DNA of 60,769 nucleotides, filler included, from Platydemus manokwari (Eukaryota): NCBI GenBank assembly GCA_037951405.1. It is 6 parts of 6 records of this genome, joined end to end, with 100 filler letters (N's around TTAATTAATTAA, not from the genome) between each part and the next. Parts side by side here need not be neighbours in the genome. Positions count along the whole stretch, not along the records: positions 29,448 to 40,829 come from JBBMOY010715539.1; positions 40,930 to 50,119 come from JBBMOY011285650.1; positions 50,220 to 60,769 come from JBBMOY011124886.1; 3 more parts are not named here. One strand, 5' to 3'. Shown piece by piece: positions 39,909 to 53,304 of this stretch (position 1 is its first letter; each line of letters starts with the position of its first letter). The notes under the pieces were generated by a model. It saw only the letters and a program-made list of their open reading frames with translations, ran no database searches and was not told where the DNA came from. The position numbers and the translations under genes were made by a program.

Positions 39909-40829
39909 CGACAACAATCAAAACAATCTATATTGACATGATCTAAAATCGATAAAATTGAAAACATAGAAAAAATAAAGATTATTGGTTTTGTGTTGTG
40001 ATCTCAATTCAATAAATCTATAATATCTAAAAATATAGCCAGCATATGACCAATGAAATATATCTGTTCAATATTGGCGGATCGATAAATGCACCTTGTT
40101 ACCAGGCAACACAATTGACCTCTAAACAATATAATGTTCCATGATTTCTACAAATATAAATTGTGCCAAAAATGTGCCATTACGATCAATATTTGAGATT
40201 AAAAGCATTTATCAATCAGATTAACACAAATATAAAAGTCTATCAAGGCACTAAAAACTATATGAGAAGCAAATAATAATAACAATATCACTGTGTATCA
40301 CAACATTTCTTTTCAAACCACACAGGATATCCCAACACAATTTTATGCACAACAAAATCGACAAAATGACTTGCTAATTAAATTAATACCTGATTTATTC
40401 TCCAAGTTCACAATTCTATTTACAAATAAATCTACAAATATGATTGGTCAATTTCTTGACAACAATATTCAAATCTTAAACAACCAATTAAATTCTTGAC
40501 TTTGGAATCAACAATTTTATTCGTGGAATTTTGCTGACCTGAAATATTATTCATCGTTATAAGATCGATAATAAATTCATTTTATATTTGTGATCAATAT
40601 ATTAAGGATATAATTGGCTAGAGATAAATTATCAATTGTATATGTTTGAAAATTATTTTTAGAAAAATCAATAATTTAATCAATAAATGAAAACCATTAT
40701 CAAATACTGGAAAGAAGAACAATCAATAATTACAAATTCAGGAATACCGCATATAAAATATTAATTGATAAAATATCGACCGGTGATGATATTATTATTA
40801 TTATTATTATTGATTTTTTAATTATTCTT

Positions 40830-40929
40830 NNNNNNNNNNNNNNNNNNNNNNNNNNNNNNNNNNNNNNNNNNNNTTAATTAATTAANNNNNNNNNNNNNNN
40901 NNNNNNNNNNNNNNNNNNNNNNNNNNNNN
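40830..40929. other. Artificial contig spacer
   Basis: N44-TTAATTAATTAA-N44. Confidence 0.98.
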
Positions 40930-42150
40930 AATAATAATAGTAAAAGTCTTGCTTAAAAATTATAGATTTCTTGTAAATTTTTCGCTTAACATTAGTTAAG
41001 AAATTTCGGTTTAGTTTATTTAAATTTTTGATATCATTTTATTTGTTTAAATTTAATTGGCTAGATTGATGGAATTTAAAACAGAATTTCAATACAATTA
41101 TTTCATTACTCAATCAACATGTAAAGATTAATTGACATTTATAGTTGGACTAATTTCGGGTGCAATCATTTTGGTGTTTAGTTTTAGATTATGATTTGCA
41201 TCCGTTTTTCATTAGATTCACTATTTTTGTATTGGGATATATGAGCTTATATTACTATTAAAGGAAAAGAAAGAATATTCATGAAACTATTAATAATAAT
41301 AATAGAAATAGTAATAATAATTTTAGTATTTTAAATTGAAGTTCAATGACTCAAACTTATGGAAAAAAGGACTATATAGAGAATATATAAAAATGTATAA
41401 AGAAGATGTAGAGAAGATCTAAAACAGATTGAAGAACTAGAGTTTTTTGTAGATAAATATGTAAGCATTCGATATAATGCCAATTAAGAACACAAAGAAA
41501 ACCGAAGATTTTAAAAATGGGGGTGTGAGAATTTCAAATTGAATTAAAATTTTTAAAAATTTAATATTATATAAAATTAGATCTTATATAAATGTATATT
41601 AATTTTTTTAGTGGCTTTTCAGTTAGTTTTTAATCTGTGGTTTTTAAAATAGTAGCGGCTTACAATAATAATAATAATGATAATAATAGTAATAATAATA
41701 ATAATTTTACATATTTGAATGAAAAATGTTATTGTAATAAAAATGTATTAAACTGAAGAGTCCTAGTTCTTTCTCCTCATCAGTCTCCGTTATTATATCC
41801 AGAATTCACCATTTAATTATTTAAATGAAACCTCCTTCCATTTTCCTCACCTATATCATAAATCAGCACCGTTCACAAATGTTCCTCTCGGTTCTTGGTG
41901 AATATCTGTATATATGCCATTAAGAAATGGTTTTTCAATAATTTTCTGGTATTAAATATTATAAATGGATTTTTTTTTATATTTTGCTGCTATCATATTT
42001 CCATTTATATAGCGGTTTTCCTCGTCTTATGGCTTTATTATCCTATAATATGAATTCGGTTGATTTTTGATTTGTTAATTTTGGTATTATTTTATAAACT
42101 CCTGATTGTAAATACTTGTCTATAAATTATGATTCTTGATATATTTTTAG

Positions 42151-42760
42151 ATGAAATCGATTTTCCAACAGATGTAAAATTAAAACTGGGCAATCGTCCC
42201 GGTCGATTCATCGTTAAATGGGTGTGTCCCTCACAAGTTACATCTCCAAACGTTAAAATCGTCGGATATTCAGTGCATATATATAATCAGTGCATTGCCC
42301 TTGTGAATGGAGCGAAAAGTGATACATATATCTCTATCTGTGAATGTAAAATAACTATGCGATCGTTTTATTTCGTAGATGACAGATTTACTATCAGCCT
42401 TCGTGATCTTAGAAATATTAATCCTCCTCCGTCTCAGAATCTTCTCAATCAAAACGATCATTCATTTTTACCTCTCACAGTTCGAACTATGGCTACGATA
42501 ACGAGAACTGATTATGATAATGGCGTGACAGAATCCACAATTTATTCGAAAGACAGTCAACCAGTTCTTAGATTTTCTGGGCATGTCGCGGCAAGAATTG
42601 CCGGAACCGCTGCAGAGGCAGCAATTACTTTGGGTGATGAATTGGCATCTTTTCTGAATTTGGTAATTTTTCTTCATTTCGATAAAGTTCAGTCACTGAC
42701 CCGCAGATTATCAACTAGATATCTGACAGGCGCATAACGAGGATCTCTAAATCTCAAGAG
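42151..42760 (+). CDS. RIMS-binding protein (RIMBP2-like) fibronectin type III exons
   Basis: PTDVKLKLGNRPGRFIVKW, IVGYSVHI, IALV, LTVRTM and SKDS match the RIMBP FN3 pattern. In-frame 60-bp intron 42319-42378; donor at 42663. Confidence 0.7.
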
Positions 42761-45194
42761 GGTTTAAAAATTCTATTTTTTTTAATGCGCAATCTATTAA
42801 AGAATTGGCTTGCGTCTTCTTATGAATCGATTTGCGGCGCTTTCTTAAATGAAAGTTATGATAACTAAAAGATAAATAATATCTTCAGACTTTTGGAATA
42901 TCTTTAGGATTGGAAAGGGCCTTAGTTTTAATTAGTTACGCGTATTTTATAGAATAAAATCAATATTAAATTCCTGAACTTCCAAAAATCAATCCATCAC
43001 CAATATTTCTCAGCTCGATGAGGGAACATTTAAAATTTTGAAGCATTCCAGAAATTCTAATCTTCTATTCTATTATTCCTGAGACCTTTCACACTTATAT
43101 TTGGTTCTTGTATGATTCATGTGGTGGATTGTCGAACTCTTATTCATGCAATATATTCGACCGGTCTTGTAAGGTATCTGAAATTGTTTGGTAAAATAAA
43201 TATACACCTTATAGCGGAATAGTAATTGTAAATATGAATGTTAGTGTTTTAAAAATTTTCTAACCAGCCCTTTGGCATTCATGGATCGTTATTCACGGAC
43301 TGACCTTTTATGATTAATATTTCTACTTATCAGTATTCATCAAGGTTATTCAATATACCAAATCCAAATATCTTTTACTTTTTCATTTGAAACCATAATT
43401 ATTCCGTCTAATCTCTTTATTACTTAGTGAAGGAAAGTCATTGATTATATTGGTGTTCTTTTTCATCTCATTAAATCTAATATTTTCGCAACAGATAGTA
43501 ATATTGAACAATTTATTATAAATGATGGCCCAGAAGTAGGTTTACAGTTATCATATAGACTATTTATTTTGAAAATTCGACACTAGACCAGCGGGAAATT
43601 CGTTATATCTGTTAACATAAACAATTGGATCTGTCAGATGCTCAAAATATTCTCTCTCAACATTACAACATTCTTCAAATCTCTCCAGAACATTGTGACA
43701 CACGCACACACACTTTAACAGTAAACCTAACGTTTACAACAATAATAATACCAATACTCTTACCTATTTTTTACTTGGTATATTTTGTTGTTTACTTATC
43801 AAAAATGATGACTTAGGCTAGAGGTTTGTATTGATTATTAAACAAAAATTTATTTAAGTTCACTAAACCCATTTTTCATATTAATCATCATAAATTCGAG
43901 GAACACTAATAATAATAATCATAAGCTGATGAGAAAAATATGTAGGCAGTGGGTTTGAATATTATTGGTTTATCGAGGTAGCTGAGTCACTAAATTAGAT
44001 TTTATAGTCTATTATTTATGTTCTTAAAATCTTTTATTGAGATCCTAAATGTCGATAGGTTGTGTCGACAACGCCCACAAAGAATTTTCGATAATAATTT
44101 TCAATGTAGCTGTAATGATCCGGATAGATTAATTTTGCAGACCCTTCTACATATCGGTATAGAATAGAAACTCGGATTCGTTTCTAGTTGATAATTTACC
44201 TTATAAATAAATATAACAACATTAATCGATATCTCGTGTATGTATGATTTAACCAGCCATATATTGTAGTGGCTAGAATTCCTTATTGCATTTGCATTTT
44301 GATATTATAATAACTCCTCATAATGAATTATAAATATTTATTTCACGATATTATTTGATCGATGAGGAATTTCTCTAAAATTACCTTCTAAATTTTATCC
44401 AAGAATAAAAAACCCTGTACATTTACACCATCTAGTCTTCATAAAAATTTATTTTCAATAAAATATAACAGTGATTTTCTGTTGTTTTTTGAATGTCCTG
44501 TTTTCTTCAATTCAAATAATTCTCCTTGGAAAAGTGGGAATAATTATAATTTTTGGTATGTTATTTACTGGGATTTTATCGAAATAATAATAATAATACT
44601 GTTCATGATAACAAGTGTAAGACAAAACAAATGATGAGAAATAAATCTACTTAAAATTGTCGCAAATTGATTTGATTTAAAAAGTCGATCTTTATGAATG
44701 AAGATATCCTTGTCGATGTTCATACGAGAATAACTTTGGGTTTTGATCGATTTATTTAGATGGCTTATTCATGGAGGTAATCATTTAAATGGTATATCAA
44801 TTATAGATTGTTAGCACAATATCTGGGATATTGTCATCGAATCACTTAAAGATTTCATAATTTTTATGCTGGACGTTCTTCATTATCATCAATTGCTAAT
44901 GTTTATATTGACGGTGTATAATGATACTAAAATAATTCTTTAATAAATTGATATCAATCAAATATTTATAACGAGTCTAAGATTTTCAAATCACAAAAGT
45001 ATATTTAATTAAAATATCCAATCAAATCAAATTCATCATTAATATTTTTTAATAAAAATATATTTTATGATTAAAAATTAAAAACTAATATTTCTATATT
45101 AATGGATTTTAACTTAATCGTATTGGAAACCTCGTGTTTCGTGTGATTTTATTGGTTGATTGAAAAACCTTCCTATGTTGTTGTAAAAAGCTCC

Positions 45195-45345
45195 TATTTT
45201 ATAAAACACGCATCGAAAACGAACCGGAAGGTCACGACACCAAATTATGTGTTTAAAAACAATTTTATAAATAAATTGATATAATTTTATATAAAATTAA
45301 ATCTTTGAACATTTATTCCATTAAAAATTCTCACAGTTGGTAAAA
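45195..45345 (+). repeat. Dispersed repeat, related to 32490-32645
   Basis: See partner copy. Confidence 0.55.
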
Positions 45346-47878
45346 ATAATTTATTATTGATAACTAATCATCATAATCAATTGTTATCTTTTAATCTCCA
45401 CAATTGTTTATCGATCATAAATATAAACTAAAAATCTCAACACTCGACTCACTCGAAACACGTAAATAATACATTAAATCGCCCATTCATTTCGAAAAAC
45501 TGTCCCATTGGTTTAAAATATAAAATTTCATCCCATAAACTGATGCAAAAGAATTTTATAAGCATGTATTGATTATATCGATGTTGGTTTTTATTATTTT
45601 TTTTCAACATAAAAGATGGAAGCAAATTCTGACGAAAAATCCGATCGTAAATTCCCATCAAGAAACAAGGTAAGTTTGATAAAATGATGTAGTAGACAAC
45701 TTAGTTTTAGAAAAACAAAATTAGAATCCAAATAATATAGAAAATTTTCCTTTTTCATTTCCCGTTCATTAATCGTCAAAGATAATTAACAATAAACCAA
45801 TGTGTTTTGCAATAAATGTTTATTAATTGATATCAATGATCTGAAATGATTACCATTTTGTGTTGTTTGGGATTAAATTTTTGAAAATTCCATGAAATTT
45901 ACAATGTAGGTTTTAGATTGAAATAATGAATAACGGATAGTCAGAATGAAAATCATGAAATAGAAAGAGATCAGATTAAAAATCTTTATAGTTAATAATT
46001 AATATTTAGTTTTATAAATAATTATGCTTTTGTATCTGCATTATTATAATTAAAGTATGAATAATCACTGTATTGATATGAGAACCAATTGATATCGACC
46101 GATATATTTTGAGTAAAAGTGTTGATTGCAAAATCTGTACTAGACATACGCTAATGTTTGTGATAACGTTGGCCGTTTGAAATCAATCAAGAAATTTTAT
46201 GGATTTTCTATTATTTATTTTAAATTAAATCGAATAGAATCATCTAATAGAATTAAAATTTTAATTATAATTTACAATTATAATTTGAGATAATCTAATA
46301 GAGTTTTATCACGGTTAAAATTTATAATTATAACTAAGATCAATCGGTATTAATATTTTTATTTTTTATTATTTAGTTAGATATTTCTCTGATATTAATA
46401 TTTTTCACGAGAAAAGTGACAAACAAAAGGTTAAATTTCATGAATATAAATAACAACATAGGGGAAAACAAACAAACTTCATAATAATATCTCCCAAATG
46501 TTATTTATTTTATATTTTTTTACCCACCAAGAAATAATTGTTAATTTCCTGTTCCAAATGGTATAATATCCTCCTTTACTGTGTAATTACTTATTATTCA
46601 ACGCAATCCTAAAAATTCGAACGTTTATTTTTCTGCAACCATTTCTTGGTGATGTTTCAATCGTTGTAATGAATAATTTTTTACCAACTTCCAATCATTT
46701 CTTTCTAAAATAACACGTTCAGTATTTATTCGTTAATCTTCCCTAAACCGATTTCTTTTGTCATGAATATGAATAAGAATATATTCGAATATAATTAATT
46801 TTATTCAACATGGATGCTATACATAAATCATAAGAGATTCAACCATCAAAGATACACTTTTGCTAATAATTTGTGACTCAAATATATTGGTTTCATGAAT
46901 AGTAAGTTCAGTTGATATTTGCAGCTGTAGAGTATGACGGTTTTTGAATAACATGTTAAATATTGTGATCAAGTGTCTGTATCAATTGAGTCGAAGGTGA
47001 TTCTTTGACAGTAAACGCCTTTATCACTCGATATCCATGGTTTATTTATGCACCAATTGGGTATTATTTTATTTAAAATTGATCTCATTCTCTAGTTTAA
47101 TTAGTCTATCCCGATCAATGAGTCAAGATATCCAACGATAATATTTTGACATTCGTAATATTTTATTAACTTTTCCTACTTTTCCTATTTAGAATTTATG
47201 TCGAGTTTTTTTATTATCGATTATTTATTCATCACATTTCGATATTTGAGATAAATCTTGTTTTGTGCAGTTTATCGATATCGTAGTTTTATTGTTTCGA
47301 AACCGCTCTTACCACAGGTTTCCATATATGGTAATAATGTATGGTTTGGCTGATGTGGCCAGTTGGAGTAAATTATTTCACGGAACACATCCATCACATC
47401 TCCAATAGTCTGATTGATCTAAAAGAAATCAAGGAGAATAGACAACTCAATTAAGTCAATTCAATTTTATTATCCAAATTATTTGTATTCGTTATGTTTG
47501 CTCTTCATTTTTAAACAAGTGGACATTTTGAATTTTCTGTTCTGTGTCCATTGGCATATATGTTGATAAGTCATTATAATTTTGATGATTTTTATTTGAT
47601 ATCATTGCAGTTTGATTTTCACAAATACTTACCTTTGATTTTGAAATCGATTTATTGTTGTTTTACAAATTTAATCGATATTTTTTTCACGACTATCAAA
47701 TATGCATTAACAAAACATTGATGGATTAGTTTTTATCAAATAACATCCAATAAACATCAAATTAACCAATTAATTACAATAATTACAATTAGTTACAATC
47801 ATCTTTTATTTGATTCGATTTTAACAAAAACCACTTGGAATGAATTTCAAGTTTTATTAACGAAATCATACACAATAG

Positions 47879-48347
47879 ATGCATTCTTCTGACCATGAAA
47901 AATTCAACGATTCAAGGGCATGTTGGCACAGTTGTTATTGTTTAAATAATAGTGAGTTTTACGATAACGAATCATCGTTTTTACCTCGATCTAAACTTGA
48001 TTGGATGGAAAATAATCCTTACCAATATCGATCGATGTCAATCCATTATCTCGATCAGCCTCGACTTAATAATCAACACCGATCACTTTCTGATGATAGT
48101 GCTCTTGATCGTTTATCAGACAGTAGAGAAATGGGAAAAGATTTGTCTAGCGAATTAAATGATGATGTCTGCTCTACTGAATCTTCGAGCAATTCACACA
48201 ATTTTCTATACCAAAATGCCGATGTCGATAGTAGCAGTATACATAGAAAATCTATTACCGAACATCATACACGTGGAGACGGTGATCCCAATAAATATCT
48301 GGTTGTCAGACACATTTCTAAGGTTACTGAATCGCTGTTGTCGATTT
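47879..48347 (+). CDS. Ser/Asp-rich coding exon, possibly a downstream linker exon of the RIMBP-like gene
   Basis: CAATAG acceptor, 156 open codons, GTGAGT donor. Small candidate exons ending in GTAAGT near 45616-45669 and 49669-49732 lie on the same strand. Confidence 0.5.
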
Positions 48348-50119
48348 GTGAGTAGTAAAATTGGAATGTCTTGTGCCAAAATCGCATGTTTATAATTGTC
48401 AGCATGTATTGTTGTGAGATTTGGTTTTGATTTAATTTTCGTTTGAATCAGCCTGTAGTTGGGCTTGTATATCAGAAACACTCGAACAAGATAAAGTAAG
48501 TCGATTATTGGCGGTTCTAAAGGATTGTGTTGTGAGAGTATTTTAACTTTGAATAACTTTTTACATTGGATTTTCTGTTGGGAGAGATGTATGAATTTGG
48601 AAATATTTTTCAAATACTGAATTAATTTTTGCCGTTATTTTCATTTCAAATCAGCCACTTTTCAATGGCTTCGAGATAAAGTACCGAAGACTGAGGTTTC
48701 AAAATACTATTTTCTTGAAATCCAATTTTTTATATGTTTACTTCATTGATCCGATATGTTGTTTTATTTATATTGTTTTCTAATGGATTTCCACAATGAA
48801 GATTTCGTCTTCTCTGGCTACCTTACGACACCATCAACATCAAATCTACTTCATTTCGATTGATGACTCCGAGATAATTCCTTTAAGTTGACAATACATA
48901 CTTTCACAACTTATTTTATTTGTGGAGTGGTAATGATGTTTGATATGCCTGACTCTTCCAAATTAGGCGATTAATACTACGGATCATATTTTCTTAATTT
49001 GCCTTCAATATTCTAAACTATTCAGTATTGATATACTAATATTTTTAATATCAACATCACAGTGTTACGTTTATTCGTTTATTTCGTCACTAAAAACTAG
49101 AATTTGATTTACGATTTTCGTTAAAATAATGATACCATTAACACAAATTATGAATTTAATATGTTTTGTGTGTACTCCGAATGTGTGTGTGTTGATCTTG
49201 TGATGGATAATCATAATTGGTTGGCCATTATCGATGTTTATCTCTCTAACTTGGTCACTTTTTCCAGCATTGGATTAATGTGAGTTTAACATTATCGATG
49301 TTGTTTTCATTCGTACTGACTTAACAGTGATTAAAAATAATCAAGAACCAATTCAATCATTATTTTCCTTACCATTGATTTTCATTATGATTCATCATTA
49401 GGCTGAATGATTCCAAAGAAAAATCGAACTTATTATCGAATTCACATCTAATGAAATTCAATATTTTATCGATGGCCAACATGACTGAAATTTGAAACAA
49501 TTCTATCTCTGTTGATTTAAACGAAAATTTGGAATTTCTATTTTAAAAGATAAGCCTGCATTGATCTGAAAAAGAATTTATTAACTCAATGATAGTCATT
49601 TGTATTTATAGAAACAAAACAATTTTATTTTTATATAATAGAATTTGATTTGTTTATTTTTCCTTTAGCAATCTCAATCACCTAAAAGTTCCAAGGAATA
49701 TCCACAACCAAAGATTTCAGTGCCTAAAATTCGTAAGTGTAAAATTCTGTAATAAAACTCTGTGAATGTGACAGCTATTTGATGGAGTACTTATCATAAA
49801 TATATTGGTTAAATTAAACTTATTGATTTTTCCCAAATTTTGTTTAACAAAAACCTAATTTTTCTCAATCAATCAATATTAAGATTTTCTTCTCAATCGG
49901 TAACGAAACTATCTGATAGGTTAAGTTGATAGGCAGTAGAAAACAATTAATTTTCCAGTGCAATTTATATGGTTTTCAAACATACAAAATGTAGTTCTTT
50001 CACTACTGCTAATCACTGATATTTATTTTCATTGTATCTATAAGCCAATGTAAAATTCCACATAAACACTATATTTACGAAAATATCAAAGTTTTTCTAC
50101 AATTTTGATCACAAATGGT

Positions 50120-50219
50120 NNNNNNNNNNNNNNNNNNNNNNNNNNNNNNNNNNNNNNNNNNNNTTAATTAATTAANNNNNNNNNNNNNNNNNNNNNNNNN
50201 NNNNNNNNNNNNNNNNNNN
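50120..50219. other. Artificial contig spacer
   Basis: N44-TTAATTAATTAA-N44. Confidence 0.98.
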
Positions 50220-50617
50220 ACGAATCCGGATAATTTTCTAAAAATAAATTTTTGATTCCAGTATATATATATAGATATATATATATATTATGTATCACTA
50301 TAAATTCTAAGAGATTACTATTTGATGGTGTATCATAAAATACATTACCAATAAAGAAATGAATTTCATAAGCTTATCTAATTCTCTAAGTAAATTATCA
50401 TTTAAGTGAATTCAATACTTTCCATTTTTTGATTTTTCATTAAATTCATAAATTAATAATCTAGGTGAATTAATAATTTAACATACTAAATAAGAAAGAT
50501 AAAATTAAATTTATAACAACATAGTCCTCTCATACATAGTTGGAAATTTAGATTCATAAGTATAATTTCCACGAACAACAATATTATTTATTTTACTACT
50601 ATTAAAACACGTTCAAC

Positions 50618-51146
50618 TCAGAACCACACAGCAACATCGTTTTTAAAAAAACTAATTTTTTCCTGTTTCTTTTTACAGATAAAATTTTTCCAACTTTCAA
50701 AAATAGTAACATAAGTTGGTTTTCTTAGATCTAAGATATTATTGAAGATATTTTCAGAATTATTCGGTTTTTCTTCTAAAATTTTTTTATTATCATTTAT
50801 CAATGTAATTATTGATTTACATAAAGTTTAATAATAACCGGTTTGTTTTCTTTCATCTTGCTCTTGTGACATAAGTAAGAATCATCAAGTTTTTATTAGT
50901 TTCACCAATTTCTATCTCAAAATTCTTTTAAATTTTTTCAAGGTTGTTGTTTTCAAGTATCAAATTCAATTTACTGTTGAGAATTTCGATGTTTTTCAAG
51001 ATATTTTGTATTAGCGGCATCAATTCATTTTCAGGATAACCTAAGTTTCTTATTCTATGATTGTTAAACTCTAAATTACCCTTCATACTGTCACCCTCCT
51101 CATTAATATATTTTCTATCGTAAATTCGTTCTTTTCCATTTAGCAT
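50618..51146 (-). pseudogene. Polinton fibre/tail-like protein remnant
   Basis: GDSMKGNLEFNNHRIRNLGYP followed (frameshifted) by DAANTKY, a MxGxLxxxxxxIxNLxxP..DAAxKxY motif. Confidence 0.5.
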
Positions 51147-51289
51147 TTTTTGAACTCATATTATTTATTGAGCTATTATCAAATTTGTGAAACAGTTTAG
51201 ATATTTTTTATTTGGGAATATAAAGTGAGAATAGAATTCTTCGTCTCAGACTAGTTTAAAGTAGGAATAGAATTCTACATATGATCAAT

Positions 51290-51655
51290 AATATAATAAA
51301 ATTTTGATCCATTACCTAAACAATATAAAACATACATAGATAATTGTGCACATAATTCGCCTTCAGTTTGTATTTGAATTTTATTATAAAATGTATTTGC
51401 CTTTAAAAATATTATAAACTTCTCTGGTTGGTAAAATTCCATAGGGATCAAAATACATTTTATGGGGTTTACTTATTGAAACCCAATTCGAACCCTTTTC
51501 TTCTGTGATTTCTAAATTCGTTATTCTATGTTTTTCAGTAACATTCTTTAATTTATCTCGCATAATAATTTCAACATCCAAGTTTAAATTATTAGAAATA
51601 TCCATTAAATCAAAATTAGTAGTTTTATTAACATCATACTTAGCTAGAAAATTAT
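51290..51655 (-). pseudogene. Polinton adenovirus-type cysteine protease
   Basis: TNFDL, IMRDKL, ITNLE..GSNWV (GxHW with His>Asn at 51486-51488), YFDPYG, then after a frameshift QIQTEGELCAQ. Confidence 0.8.
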
Positions 51656-51839
51656 TTTACATTTTAAAGTGGTATTAACACGTTCACTTTCTACATTAAA
51701 TACAGGGATTTTATTACTATCATCTTGAGTGACTGAACGAAGTTTCTTCCAATTAATTTTGTTCTCACCAACACATTCTTGTATACTTTTATTAATATCT
51801 GGAATTTCTCTGGAATCGGGTGGAATCTTATATAATTTC

Positions 51840-52320
51840 TTATATAACAACCTGAATTCTAAACACCTTTCCACTTTTAACTAATATTTCAACAGGTTTT
51901 TCTTCTAAAATATAACAATAAGCTTTGCATTTTAAATCTGCTTATTTTTCAATTTCAATTGTTACTGTACATCGATTTACTATGAAATTTTCATCTTGAG
52001 CTTTAACATCTAAACAAAATATTGAGTACAGGTTTTGAAAATCTAACATATTTTTGATTTTTGAATTTTTTACATAAATTAAGATAAGCATCATAAGGAG
52101 CTCCTTGATTATTTGTTGTGATATCAAATTGCATTTTATTATCCAGATAGTTACTGCTATTTATTCTAACTTTTAATGATTTTATATATTTATAATTTCC
52201 AATATTTTGAATGAATTTCGAATTGTTGTTAGTGAAGCTAATTTCGAGATATTTAAAACCGATTATAATATATCTCGGTCTATACTTTAATAATGCTGCT
52301 TGCCATGTCTAAATTTGTGA
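51840..52320 (-). pseudogene. Polinton major capsid protein, C-terminal remnant
   Basis: GYKMQFDITTNNQGAPYDAY, FQNLYSIFCLDVKAQDE and KAYCYILEE resemble Polinton MCP C-terminal motifs; stops and frameshifts present. Confidence 0.55.
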
Positions 52321-53088
52321 CTCTGGAATATCAATTAGATTTAAAAGTCTTTTTAAATAATTAACTTAAATTGATTTATCAGTTTGTATTCTTAGCAATA
52401 ATTCAAATTCACTATCTGGATTAAGGGATAATTCGTGCATACGAAAATATAATGATTTGAAAGTTAATTAACCCTTACCTTTTGTTCCATAAAATATTCG
52501 TTGAGGTCTGAAACAAGATATCATGGTGAAAGATATCATAAGCAAGGGAACGCAATTTATTTAACGAATTGATTTAAAGACGCCCTTGCCCTGAAATTAG
52601 ACATGGATATCATAGAAGTTAGGAGTGCTGCAAAAGTGTTCTAGAATGAAGAACAAAGTTCGCAAAGAGATTTTTAAGCAGTCAACGCAAATTGTAGAGA
52701 CAGCTTTGTTCAAGCTCTAAAAACAGAAAGAAGCAACCAATGGAATAACTAGTTCAAAAAAGCAAGCAACGGGTCAAGCAATTATAAACCATCCCTTACT
52801 ATCAAAACACGAAACCCTAAGGCAATAACTTTAGAAAATAAATTTGCAGAGAAAGACAAATGTATTCGATGAAATATATGATCAAGTAACTTTATAATAA
52901 GTGTCGAGGCATGCCAGATCCAAAAGGAGACAATTGCTTCTGCTGCTGAGAAAGCGGACACTATATACGGACAAGAAGGCCATCAAAGTAATAGCAATTT
53001 AGTTATGCATTTTTATCTAATTCGAGGAACCATTATTTCTAAAGAAAATCATAAATATTAGATAAACGAATCAATTTATTGTATAAAA

Positions 53089-53304
53089 TTACGGTTCATT
53101 GCAGCCAACTACACATTGTGCTGATTTGCTATAACAATCATCTTGACAGACAAAACTATTACCGACTTGACATCCTTCATAACATTCCTTTGCTATTTTT
53201 TGACAGTTTTCTAAACATAAATCTTGATTTTCGAAACTCGGATTTACAGAGACAATAATGAGGAAAAATGTTAGACACAAATATTTCATGCTTCGATATT
53301 CCAT
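53089..53304 (-). CDS. Secreted 8-cysteine peptide, 71 aa
   Basis: Signal-peptide-like MKYLCLTFFLIIVSVNPS; mature pattern C-x3-C-x6-C-x3-C-x7-C-x3-C-x6-C-x3-C; AATAAA at 53080-53075 just after the stop; CAG acceptor-like site just before the ATG. Confidence 0.8.
   Translation of the reverse strand: MEYRSMKYLCLTFFLIIVSVNPSFENQDLCLENCQKIAKECYEGCQVGNSFVCQDDCYSKSAQCVVGCNEP

Larger units (their letters stand above)
50290..52320 (-). mobile_element. Decayed Maverick/Polinton (adintovirus-like) virion module
   Basis: Co-oriented, intronless, closely packed remnants of a capsid C-terminus, an adenain-type protease and a fibre-like gene. Limits are approximate. Confidence 0.75.
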
